Assembly (NCBI GenBank): GCA_963841565.1
Contig: CAWJCY010000012.1
Coordinates: forward strand, 294,612-358,611
DNA from: an uncultured Nitrososphaerales archaeon
GTDB lineage: Archaea > Thermoproteota > Nitrososphaeria > Nitrososphaerales > Nitrososphaeraceae
Reading direction: 5' to 3'
DNA: 64,000 nt
The notes below the pieces were generated by a model. The model worked only from the letters and a program-made list of their open reading frames with translations. It ran no database searches and was not told where the DNA came from. The translations under genes were made by a program, and so were the position numbers. Position 1 is the first letter of the stretch. The number at the start of each line of letters is the position of its first letter. This document shows positions 1 through 9,091 of the stretch, one piece after another.

Positions 1-2
1 TA

Positions 3-107
3 AATTGTGAGAGTAAGGCAGTTGCAATATCTGTATCAGTTTTGAAATCAATAGACATGAAGTCCAAAATGAAAGTTCCTAAATACGATGACATTTACAA
101 GACCTAG
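3..107 (+). CDS. possible 3' end of a gene entering from the window edge (NCESKAVAISVSVLKSIDMKSKMKVPKYDDIYKT*)
   Basis: open frame from the window start to TAG at 105-107; too short to identify. Confidence 0.3.
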   Translation, partial: NCESKAVAISVSVLKSIDMKSKMKVPKYDDIYKT

Positions 108-393
108 CAACTTGAAGAATATAAATTCGCAGAAGCATAAAATTCTGTACTAACTGAAATTTCTTTTACTGAGCATGAAGAGCAGCAGTGAATTATCACT
201 TAAGGAACTCAGAGTCATCGGAGTTATTCCCATTATCAAGTCTTTCTCAAGTGTGACCAAGATAGACCTGGAGATCTGTTCCCAAGATATCTATCATCAA
301 AAGCTGGCCACCATCCCACTAGTAAATGATACAATCACATAGTTGGTAGTTAATTCACCGAAAAGAAGTGTAACTCATGGTCTGCCTAACAGT

Positions 394-777
394 TTACTTT
401 GCATGAACGAAGAGTGGTTTCTTGCTAACCCATACAGGCCTGTCTTTAGTCAACATTATCCTTATTAAGCCACCTTCTTCCCAACTCTTAAAGCTCTTTT
501 CGAAATGTTCATAAATTTCAATATTGAAGCATGCGGCAGTATCATTCTCAAACAGGCATAGCTTTTTTTGACGTATGCTTTCAGCATGCAGCTTTTGCAA
601 CCACTTGTCAACTTCCTCAGGATGTTCCTGAAGTATTGTTTCTATAATCAAAGGGGTGTAAATCCCAATTTTTGTCGCAAGACCGCCGTTTGGGATTAGA
701 TTATACCCCTTCAATACCAAACCCAGCGATTTATCTTGTAGGATCTCAGACATTTGTAAGGATCTATATATGATCAA
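394..777 (-). CDS. hypothetical protein
   Basis: 127-aa ORF with protein-like composition; no recognised motif; start uncertain. Confidence 0.5.
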   Translation of the reverse strand: MIIYRSLQMSEILQDKSLGLVLKGYNLIPNGGLATKIGIYTPLIIETILQEHPEEVDKWLQKLHAESIRQKKLCLFENDTAACFNIEIYEHFEKSFKSWEEGGLIRIMLTKDRPVWVSKKPLFVHAK

Positions 778-1073
778 TCCGGATTATTAATTTGTTGCAT
801 ATAAAATTACAACTTTGATTGCAATATTTCAGATACATTGTTAATCTTGTTGTAAGTCTAAGTAATAAATCGACAATTAGTACCTGATATTTATCAAGAG
901 AGGTTGTTTTCTATATCTTTGACCCATCCTACCCTGTATCTACAAGTAGGAACAGGAAAGCTTTTTGTTTAGCATCAAGTCAAATCACGATTGCCAATTT
1001 CTACAATAACAAATAACCTAAGTTAGTATTTGATTCTCATTGAGTGGGTGGCGATAGCTGTCAATTCAGCAAT

Positions 1074-1418
1074 TTATCGACTGCAATTCATGAACATCAG
1101 TTCCACGCCTCGTTTTTCTGAATAGGTATATGTGAATGATTCATTGACTAAGACAGGAAAACTCGACAACCCTACCTCTTGACATCTCGAACATCTACTG
1201 TCAAGGACTGGGAGCCTGCTCTTGTCCAGATAAGTTGTGGCCCAGAAGCATACATCACAAATCACAAAAATACGCTCTGTACTCTTCTTGGCTCGTCCAT
1301 CAGAGATAGAGTCACTAACGAATCCGCCTTCAATAATCCTTTGTCCATCCAACCCCGTTGTACGATTTGGAGTAGAATTTGACGGGAGATCAATCCGATT
1401 GGTTAACTCCGGTTGCAT
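1074..1418 (-). CDS. Zn-ribbon-like hypothetical protein
   Basis: CDVC...CSRC Cys pairs; TTTATAT TATA-like element upstream (~1452-1459). Confidence 0.65.
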   Translation of the reverse strand: MQPELTNRIDLPSNSTPNRTTGLDGQRIIEGGFVSDSISDGRAKKSTERIFVICDVCFWATTYLDKSRLPVLDSRCSRCQEVGLSSFPVLVNESFTYTYSEKRGVELMFMNCSR

Positions 1419-1755
1419 TTAATCCGTCAAAGATGTATCATTGATAGGCGATATATAAATCATCAAATCTACAATTGGGGAACGTGTCAGATATGTGTAT
1501 CGCCTAAAGAGACACATCTAAGATCATCGCTGATATATTTTTGGAATCGAACTGACAAATAGCTGTGCACAAATAGTAAAGCATATGGAAGAGTGAATCA
1601 CTTGGAAAACTCGGTAGCTAAAGATGTGATTCACTTTAGAATTCTATTCGTAACCATTGAGTTTATGCCCTGGACGTACACAAAATTAAGTTAATGGTTC
1701 TGATCTGCGTTAGAATATTGATGGCAAGTCACTAACCATTGAACAATTATGTGCG

Positions 1756-2436
1756 GTGGGGAAAATCGTATGCTTAATAAGTTTGTGGCGGTCAGTTGTC
1801 TTCACATTGAAACATAACCAAATCGTAATAGTGATTGGAGCCGCACTCCTCACCACAGGAATTGGATTTATCCTAATGAACTCACCATTTGAGAGCAATC
1901 AAGTTGCAGCATATCCAATGGATCAGCGAGGCGATCACAACTACGGTATGATGAAACCAGGCCATTACGCTGCTGGAACGATATCGAGCATTCAAAACGA
2001 TGAAAACGGGAACCCTGCTTGGGTGTTGTCTGGTTATTGGAAGGCGAGCGTAACTGAAGACGAAACAGGAGAAAACGGAAATCAAAGCTCTTCAGCATCT
2101 AACTCAACTTCAGCTATGGGAAAAGATATGTCAAAGAATGGCCAATTCGTTGCATCATTTGATATGGTAAGGACGAATGGTAGTGCATTGCATCAGCATC
2201 AAATAGACAATTTCACTTTAACTGAAATATCTATGCCAAATAATAACACCGCCGTATTTAATGGTACTTCGACAGTTACCATGAAAGACGGACCAGTATC
2301 CAATGTCCCGACATCGGTTACCGGCATGGATGACAACGTTGTAAGCATATACTTAGACCCATCCGCAGTTAATAATCACTTTGGAGATACCCCAATATAC
2401 GGAACAATCACGAAGGCAGTTCAAATAAGAAAGTAG
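1756..2436 (+). CDS. secreted/membrane-anchored beta-rich hypothetical protein (true start probably TTG at ~1807)
   Basis: N-terminal hydrophobic helix, Asn/Thr-rich beta-type body, T-rich terminator-like tract at ~2481. Confidence 0.75.
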   Translation: MGKIVCLISLWRSVVFTLKHNQIVIVIGAALLTTGIGFILMNSPFESNQVAAYPMDQRGDHNYGMMKPGHYAAGTISSIQNDENGNPAWVLSGYWKASVTEDETGENGNQSSSASNSTSAMGKDMSKNGQFVASFDMVRTNGSALHQHQIDNFTLTEISMPNNNTAVFNGTSTVTMKDGPVSNVPTSVTGMDDNVVSIYLDPSAVNNHFGDTPIYGTITKAVQIRK

Positions 2437-2805
2437 AAGAATTAGCCGGAGTCAGATCCACTAACGGGACGTCAAAAGTCCTTTTTTATTTTCATTTATT
2501 GTGTTGACACTAAAATCTGCTATTGAGAATCGTACAAGACCCATTATATTATACTATACTATATTATTGAACCTTTGAATTCTTCTTGATTCCTATCTAC
2601 CTTTTTGAGTTGTCAAAAGCAGTATCATGAACCGTCATGCTATGATATCAAAATAAAGTACTGCATCTCACGCTCCCAATAGAAATTCTCAACATGTCGT
2701 GTAGCCACTTGTTAAGTAACGTAGGTGCTGGCCCTCCATGATTGTATTCAACTATTCAAGAATGCTAATTAGTAAATATTTACAAAGTGATCCCGTAGAT
2801 TACAG

Positions 2806-3105
2806 ATGATTGTAAGAGTATATTTTTGTAGGGAGCCTGAAGCTGAACTACTTATCAGGGACAACAGTATCAGCTTCCAAGCATTATACACACTATATGA
2901 TCTGGTATGGGAATCAGAATTCAAGAATGTATTAAATGTCGGAAGGATTTGGCTAATGTTTAAGCAACAGAAAAAACCATTTGGTAAGCCCCTCAGAAGC
3001 AAGAGAACTCACGATAGAATTGCGCCAGGCGACATAATTGAGATAGGACACGACCACTATGTAGTTAGCGAAGTTGGAGCGACAAGGGTGACAGTTTTGC
3101 GTTGA
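2806..3105 (+). CDS. small hypothetical protein, YodL-like domain candidate
   Basis: YDLVWESEF...PGDIIEIG..HYVVSEVG pattern resembles YodL domains. Confidence 0.55.
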   Translation: MIVRVYFCREPEAELLIRDNSISFQALYTLYDLVWESEFKNVLNVGRIWLMFKQQKKPFGKPLRSKRTHDRIAPGDIIEIGHDHYVVSEVGATRVTVLR

Positions 3106-3166
3106 GGAAGGAGATCATGAATTATACATTAGTACCTTTGGGCTATGCTTATGATCAATGTGAAAC

Positions 3167-4807
3167 TTATGAAAGCTGGGGAATGGCCATCTTGTTTGCT
3201 CTCCTCCGAAGCAAGACAGATAGAAAGATTGAACCCGCTGCGATCACTGTCGCAGAAGAAAATATCATCACAAATGCGAAATCAGATGGATAAGATCTCG
3301 ACACAGCGCCCACATCAATAACCGTTTGACTTGCTTGCATGTACATAGCCGCGAGAGCAGGTCCGATTGCGCTCCCTATTATCCTCACAAGGGTTGCTAT
3401 CCCAAGGGAAATGCCAGTATGCTCTTTTGGAGTGGCAAGTATTATTACATTCATTGCTCCAATAGCCGCGAAAGACAACCCAGTAGCAAGAACACCCAGG
3501 TTAATTGAAATGGCGAGTGGGCTGTCATGAAAAAATGTAAGTCCCAAAAAACTAGCCGTAACGATCGAAGTTCCAACTATTACCGGCCTTAAAGAGCCTA
3601 GCCTTGAGATTATGAAACCTGAAGTTGGCCCAAATACCAGAAATACTAACGCAAATGGTAGCTGAATTGTCCCTGCACCGATGACGTCGGCTCCGAACCC
3701 CAATGGCTCGGGATTTCTTACCAGTATTGGTATAGTCTGGAACACCATAAAATTTGATAGTCCCACGATGAGGATTATCAGAATTGATGGTAATATCGCT
3801 TTGTTTCCTAAAAGTCGCAAATCAATAAGCGGCAAACTTTCTCTCTTCTCAATAAACAAGAATAGAGCAAAGGAAATCGCAGCAACCACGGCTGAACCTA
3901 AAATCGTGCCATAGGCTGATAATATGCCAACAACTGAATTGCTTTCAGTGCTTAAATCACCAGACGTCTCAATTAGGGTTAGGCAGAGCAAAAATGAAGT
4001 TATTGATACTGCAAGAGCTGCCGCTCCTTTAATATCGAGTTGTAATTTTCCTCTCTGTTTCTTATTGGAATTGGCAACGGGAGCAAGACCGGATTCCTTA
4101 TCTTTCCTAACTGTGTTGTTTATCGGCGAAGGATCAATTTCACCATCCTCACGAACGTGGACGAACTTCCAAATAATAATCAAAAGTAAAATGGCGATCG
4201 GAATTATCGTGAAAAAAGTAGCTTGCCATCCAAAATTCTCTACGATTAGTGCACCTGCTGAAAGCCCTACTGCTGCCCCTGCTGCGAACATTGAACTTAT
4301 GATTCCTTGACCTATCGAAATTTTTTCCCTTGGGAATTGATCTCTTATAAGACCAAATGCAATGGGAAACATCCCCATTCCAATTCCTTGAATAGCCCTA
4401 ACAAGTAGCAATGTGTAAATGTTTGAGGCAAACCCTGCGAAAGAGACCCCTATTGCATAGATCAGCATTACTGCTAAGAGAACCTTCTTTTTTCCATATA
4501 CGTCAGATAGTTTGCCAGCTATCGGGGTAGCAACCGCACCACTAATCAGATAAGTCGTCAGTATCCAGGAAGAAGTTCCGTAAGAGACATTAAAGTCACT
4601 TATCAAATCTGGGATAGCAGGAATCAACATCGTTTCTGCATACATGACCATAGTTGCAATGGAGCTTAGAATGATTAGTAATTTCCAAGCCGTACGAGGT
4701 ATCGCTACGCGAGTGCTATTACTGGTCAAAAGCTTAGAATCCTCTCTGGCCGACAATCCTCCATTTGGATTATTTTTGTCTTGTTTGCCCTTTAGCGGAT
4801 TCTGCAT
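3167..4807 (-). CDS. MFS transporter (DHA2/EmrB-like, ~14 TM)
   Basis: MFS motif A GKLSDVYGKKK, RAIQGIG, many TM helices; directly downstream of marR. Confidence 0.92.
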   Translation of the reverse strand: MQNPLKGKQDKNNPNGGLSAREDSKLLTSNSTRVAIPRTAWKLLIILSSIATMVMYAETMLIPAIPDLISDFNVSYGTSSWILTTYLISGAVATPIAGKLSDVYGKKKVLLAVMLIYAIGVSFAGFASNIYTLLLVRAIQGIGMGMFPIAFGLIRDQFPREKISIGQGIISSMFAAGAAVGLSAGALIVENFGWQATFFTIIPIAILLLIIIWKFVHVREDGEIDPSPINNTVRKDKESGLAPVANSNKKQRGKLQLDIKGAAALAVSITSFLLCLTLIETSGDLSTESNSVVGILSAYGTILGSAVVAAISFALFLFIEKRESLPLIDLRLLGNKAILPSILIILIVGLSNFMVFQTIPILVRNPEPLGFGADVIGAGTIQLPFALVFLVFGPTSGFIISRLGSLRPVIVGTSIVTASFLGLTFFHDSPLAISINLGVLATGLSFAAIGAMNVIILATPKEHTGISLGIATLVRIIGSAIGPALAAMYMQASQTVIDVGAVSRSYPSDFAFVMIFSSATVIAAGSIFLSVLLRRRANKMAIPQLS

Positions 4808-4833
4808 TTTTGTAATAGTATCCTCCGACGACT

Positions 4834-5382
4834 TCAGACCTGTTGTTGTTGCTGTTGTTGTCGTGAAAGAGTTGTTTCTCGTAATCCCTGTTTTTGTCTA
4901 GCCATGTCTGTCATGATCGCGGGTGTCTTATTGGATAGTTCTATATTTGCTTGGAGATTGATCCACATCTTTTCCAATACTTCTTTCATAATCTGTACCT
5001 TGTCTTCTGGAAGACCTGCCAATGCTATGGTGAGCACCCTAGTTGCACACTCAAGGGTAGTCTCCCAGATTTCGAAGGTCTTCTTAGAGCGATATATTCT
5101 GTTGTTCCTTCTGTCGTTGCGATCTACTCTTCTCTCAATAAATTCATCGTTCTGCAACTTGTCAAGAATAGGAATTAGGCTAGGTGCTTCTAATCCAAGA
5201 CCTTCTGCGATTTCCTTTTGGGAAAGGCCATCATGGGTTTTTGTTAGCAGAACAAGTACTCTCCATTGAGCAAAAGTTATGCCGACGCTGTTCCTTAGTC
5301 TAATATCTAAAGAACGCGAAAGAGATCTAGCAGTCCTGTTTATGATGAATCCAGGATTAGATTCATAATCAAAAGTTGACAT
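4834..5382 (-). CDS. MarR-family transcriptional regulator
   Basis: ITFAQWRVL, LSQKEIAE, DRNDRR wing motif. Confidence 0.92.
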   Translation of the reverse strand: MSTFDYESNPGFIINRTARSLSRSLDIRLRNSVGITFAQWRVLVLLTKTHDGLSQKEIAEGLGLEAPSLIPILDKLQNDEFIERRVDRNDRRNNRIYRSKKTFEIWETTLECATRVLTIALAGLPEDKVQIMKEVLEKMWINLQANIELSNKTPAIMTDMARQKQGLRETTLSRQQQQQQQV

Positions 5383-5407
5383 AGGGCACTAAAGATTAGT
5401 GCCCTAA
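5381..5407. promoter_or_regulatory. MarR operator (perfect 11-bp inverted repeat; two TTAG-N4-CTAA-like boxes)
   Basis: TAGGGCACTAA-aga-TTAGTGCCCTA at 5382-5406, between the TATA box (TTTATATC, 5414-5421, minus strand) and the marR ATG. Confidence 0.8.
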
Positions 5408-5547
5408 TCATTAGATATAAACCTTTAGACAGTTTGCAATTGCAAAGCAAGTCGTTCACATAGCCGCAGGTGCCGACTCTTTTCGTTGCCCTAGAATAAA
5501 GTGAATGGTTTCCTCTTGCCAGATACATGATTCTGAGCAAGAACTTC

Positions 5548-6033
5548 TTATAGAGATCTATTAATTGAGGCTATTATCCTATGATATGAGGTGTTGGACA
5601 TTTCGACCATATCTGATTCCAAGTATACACAAAGAAATTTGTCTGCTGTTTCAGTTATTGGAATAAAGCCCAATTTGATATTGCTAGCAACATCCAAAAC
5701 ATAAAATTCGTTGATTTGGTAAATCCGGATAGCATGCTCCCTATCTGTTGTGTTACTATCATAAATCGTAGTATTCGATTTCATATCGAAGAAATGTTTT
5801 TTTACTATCTCATTTAGCATTGGTGCAAGATGCTTGAAATATATGCTAACGACAACTTTATTCTCATAATTACCAATATAACAAAGTAATCTCCGTCTGT
5901 TGGTGTCAGCATTTTTCTTTTCATGACCAAGCAGAAGTTTACCATTACTGTCCACTATCCCCGCAAAACTTACTTTCTTGCTAACAGATAAAGCACTTAT
6001 GCAGACTTCATGAAGGAAATCTCGTTCATGCAT
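5548..6033 (-). CDS. hypothetical protein, roadblock/longin-like thaumarchaeal family
   Basis: VSFAGIVDSNGKLL...FLCVYLES pattern. Confidence 0.6.
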   Translation of the reverse strand: MHERDFLHEVCISALSVSKKVSFAGIVDSNGKLLLGHEKKNADTNRRRLLCYIGNYENKVVVSIYFKHLAPMLNEIVKKHFFDMKSNTTIYDSNTTDREHAIRIYQINEFYVLDVASNIKLGFIPITETADKFLCVYLESDMVEMSNTSYHRIIASINRSL

Positions 6034-6271
6034 TTGCTAAGGCAAAGGTATTACAGCCCCATGTTAAATATTAACTATTTGGTAATAGTTTAGCAGTAGA
6101 ATCCTACAAACATTAAAATATGACCTAATGTTTATCATGTTTTTGCGGATATTATTGAATTATTTGGATGAAGTCGGTGATATATTTTCCGTATTCGTAT
6201 TAGGATAGCAAACAAATATCTAATTTAAGTTGCCAGCGCGGTGAGCATAAGCTTATTCCATTAAAAATATA

Positions 6272-6457
6272 TTGTATAGGCATATATTTTATGATCAGGG
6301 ATTGAAGATTACTGACGTCTGGGGGAAGGAATCTGAACCAATATGTACCTATTGTCGGTGTAAACACAAATTTTCTGAGCATGGAACTAGTCTCTGTCGT
6401 TGCAAGCATCCACAGAATACAATAATTGGCGTAAGAGGTTTGCTGGAAACATCATAA
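6272..6457 (+). CDS. small Cys/His-rich putative metal-binding protein
   Basis: CTYCRCKHKFSEHG..CRCKH; start uncertain. Confidence 0.55.
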   Translation: MYRHIFYDQGLKITDVWGKESEPICTYCRCKHKFSEHGTSLCRCKHPQNTIIGVRGLLETS

Positions 6458-6599
6458 TAATAAAACCTGTCGCCCTTATTGAATAGGTATTCTAGTATGT
6501 GCGAATCATAACCAGCAATGCAGATCATTATTAATTATTGAAAATCAAGAATGATTTGATATTTCATTGACGGAACAAGCCGGACCCTTATCGCCATTA

Positions 6600-7199
6600 T
6601 CACAAGAATCTTAGCGTATCTAACATTGACTGTATAACAGGCAAATAAGATTCGTATTTTTCTGGATAGGCCTTGTAGGTGATTACATAGACCAGATTTT
6701 CAGGTTTTACAACTATTTGCATTGCGGTCCTTTTTGCATCGTTATCATCTGTTGCGCTAAAGGAGATCTCATAAGCATCAAAGTTATTCAGTTTCGACTT
6801 GCTCGAGCTCAAGAGAGTAAAATCTTGAGTATCATCTTCAAGATCCGTAACAATTTCCTTTGCTATGGTATCTAGTGTGGAATCTGCAGATGAAATATTA
6901 TGTGACTTTATTCCCAGCCCAGCTGGGAAAGAAGGGGAATCACTTTCGCGTGGAGCTATGAAAGTGACCTGATCCTGACCAATTTTCGATCTCTCCCAAT
7001 TGCTGGGATATTTGATCATGAAACCGAGACCCCGATCTTCAAAGGTAACCAAATTACTTGCCAAAGGTGGAGTGTGAAAAAGGGCGGAAAGATTAGGCAC
7101 AGCAGGGTAAGCGAGGAAGACTACGAAGATAATAATAAAAAAATAGCCTATAGTCCTTTCAACGGATCGAGCATGTTTTAACCAAAGAAATCCATCCAT
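6600..7199 (-). CDS. membrane-anchored PsbP/DcrB-like domain protein
   Basis: N-terminal TM, GFMIKYPSNW, VYVITY, YLPVIQSMLDTLRF. Confidence 0.8.
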   Translation of the reverse strand: MDGFLWLKHARSVERTIGYFFIIIFVVFLAYPAVPNLSALFHTPPLASNLVTFEDRGLGFMIKYPSNWERSKIGQDQVTFIAPRESDSPSFPAGLGIKSHNISSADSTLDTIAKEIVTDLEDDTQDFTLLSSSKSKLNNFDAYEISFSATDDNDAKRTAMQIVVKPENLVYVITYKAYPEKYESYLPVIQSMLDTLRFL

Positions 7200-7531
7200 T
7201 TCAATCGATGAGATCCGTCATAATGGTGAGTTCCATATATTAACACTTTACTAGCAAAGGTCCGGTTCGCTCGTTCAAAGGAGGCTATCATCATCAATGT
7301 TTGTACAAAGCGAAGATAAAAAAAGTCAGAGCAAGTTGTAACATTAGAGATATGTACTTGTGTTCGAGCTACTGATTATCTGGGCCAAAACATTTCGTTT
7401 TTCACTCGCTAATGAAAAACATTGATCTTTCCGGACTGAATGGGCAACTACTACTCATCGCTGATTCTGGCAAAATTCCGTTATAAGCAATTGGAAAATG
7501 TTAAGTATATTCTCTTCCAACAAGAGAATCT

Positions 7532-8461
7532 ATGTCGAAGTCCCAAACCCCTATGTTCGAATGGCAAATAAAGGACAAAATAAAGGAAACTCCTGATTCC
7601 TATACCTATGTATTTTCGCCATTCTCGGCGTCGGATCGATTTACATTTAACATAGGAGAATTTGTGACAATCAGGGCATTATTGAAAAGACCAATTTCTT
7701 CGGGAGGCGTAGAAGAAGCACAAGTAGAAAGGGCATACTCGATCGCATCCTCACCTACAAGAAATGATATTGAACTGACGATAAAGGATGAGAAGCCGTT
7801 TGGTTACATAAATCCAGTCATCGGCAAGGCAGATGGATTTGCAGCATACTTCTTTGAACAATTCAAAGTAGGCGATAAAGTTTCTGTCAAATATACCAAA
7901 GCAAGAGAACCTTTTCTCGCAAAGATCGCAACTGGTGCAGAGAAAGATATTGCATATTGGTCTGGATCTAATGGTGCTGAGTGCGCCCGGTGCCTTCTAC
8001 AATATATGGAAGATCGGAGAGATTTGAACCTTAAGCTCGTTTTATTTTACAGTAACCCCAGACTTTATTCGCTTGAAAACAAGAAAAGTGTGGGTGTAAT
8101 CTATTATAACTGGCTTTTAGATATGGCCAGAAAGCTCGATAATTTCAAAGTGGTTTTCACTTTTACGAAGGACAGCGAGACAACTTTGTATTCCGATCAC
8201 CCCAGGATATATTACAGAAAAGGCAGATTCTTTAAGGATGAGGAAGGGAACGCCGAACGGACTCTCCAAAAGTTTCATGGAAATGTTGAATCGACATTTA
8301 ATCCGATATGTGGAAGCAGTGGATTCATCAACGGGATCGTCAAGCTCAAGACTGGGTCGATAGCTAGAGGAAGAGGGATAATGCAAGACTTGATGGAAAT
8401 AGAGGGAGTAAAACCAGAGAAAATAGACAAGGAACAGTTCTATCTAGACGTATCTAAATGA
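7532..8461 (+). CDS. ferredoxin-NADP reductase-like FAD-binding oxidoreductase
   Basis: RAYSIAS flavin motif, LVLFYSN, ICGS, C-terminal EQF. Confidence 0.8.
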   Translation: MSKSQTPMFEWQIKDKIKETPDSYTYVFSPFSASDRFTFNIGEFVTIRALLKRPISSGGVEEAQVERAYSIASSPTRNDIELTIKDEKPFGYINPVIGKADGFAAYFFEQFKVGDKVSVKYTKAREPFLAKIATGAEKDIAYWSGSNGAECARCLLQYMEDRRDLNLKLVLFYSNPRLYSLENKKSVGVIYYNWLLDMARKLDNFKVVFTFTKDSETTLYSDHPRIYYRKGRFFKDEEGNAERTLQKFHGNVESTFNPICGSSGFINGIVKLKTGSIARGRGIMQDLMEIEGVKPEKIDKEQFYLDVSK

Positions 8462-8523
8462 AACCTAACCTTTTTCGATAAGCCTTCAAGATCAATGGAG
8501 GAGTAAATGTTACATCTGACCGT

Positions 8524-8856
8524 TTAGAAGGTTGCCCTTTTTGCTTGAGAACCACAAGTGGCGCATTTTGCTCCTTTTACACGAGATCCACATGACATGC
8601 AGATATATTTTAGTGATATTTTAGATTCTGCTGGTGCAAAGCCCCCCCCTGCCTTCTCATTGCTAAATCCGAGATTCCGTAGAGCCTTCTGTTGGCTTCT
8701 CCTTATATAAAATACCAAACCGACAAGTACGATAATGTTAAGTGAAAGACCGGCAATAAAACCGAAATAGTACGTCAATATTAAACCTAAGAGAAAGCTA
8801 CCTGCGATTAGGGCTATCTGTTTGGCCCAGACACTCTTGAGCTTATTACTAGACAA
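8524..8856 (-). CDS. small membrane protein with C-terminal Zn ribbon
   Basis: two TM helices plus CMSCG...CATCG. Confidence 0.7.
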   Translation of the reverse strand: MSSNKLKSVWAKQIALIAGSFLLGLILTYYFGFIAGLSLNIIVLVGLVFYIRRSQQKALRNLGFSNEKAGGGFAPAESKISLKYICMSCGSRVKGAKCATCGSQAKRATF

Positions 8857-9091
8857 AGTTCTACATATATATCTGAATTAATAATATTTACAAGTTAGCG
8901 TCCGATCCGTCGGATCCATGCACCTAGAAAGAAACTTTTGCGTTTCGATGGACGAAATGACCTATTAACAGGAGATGGGATGAAGACGAACTTACTTTGC
9001 TATCTTCATAGGAGCTGTTGACATTCATTTACTGCCATATTTTGGTTACAATTTGAAATCCTCTAGCTCGCTTTCTGCGCAAAGATGATCA

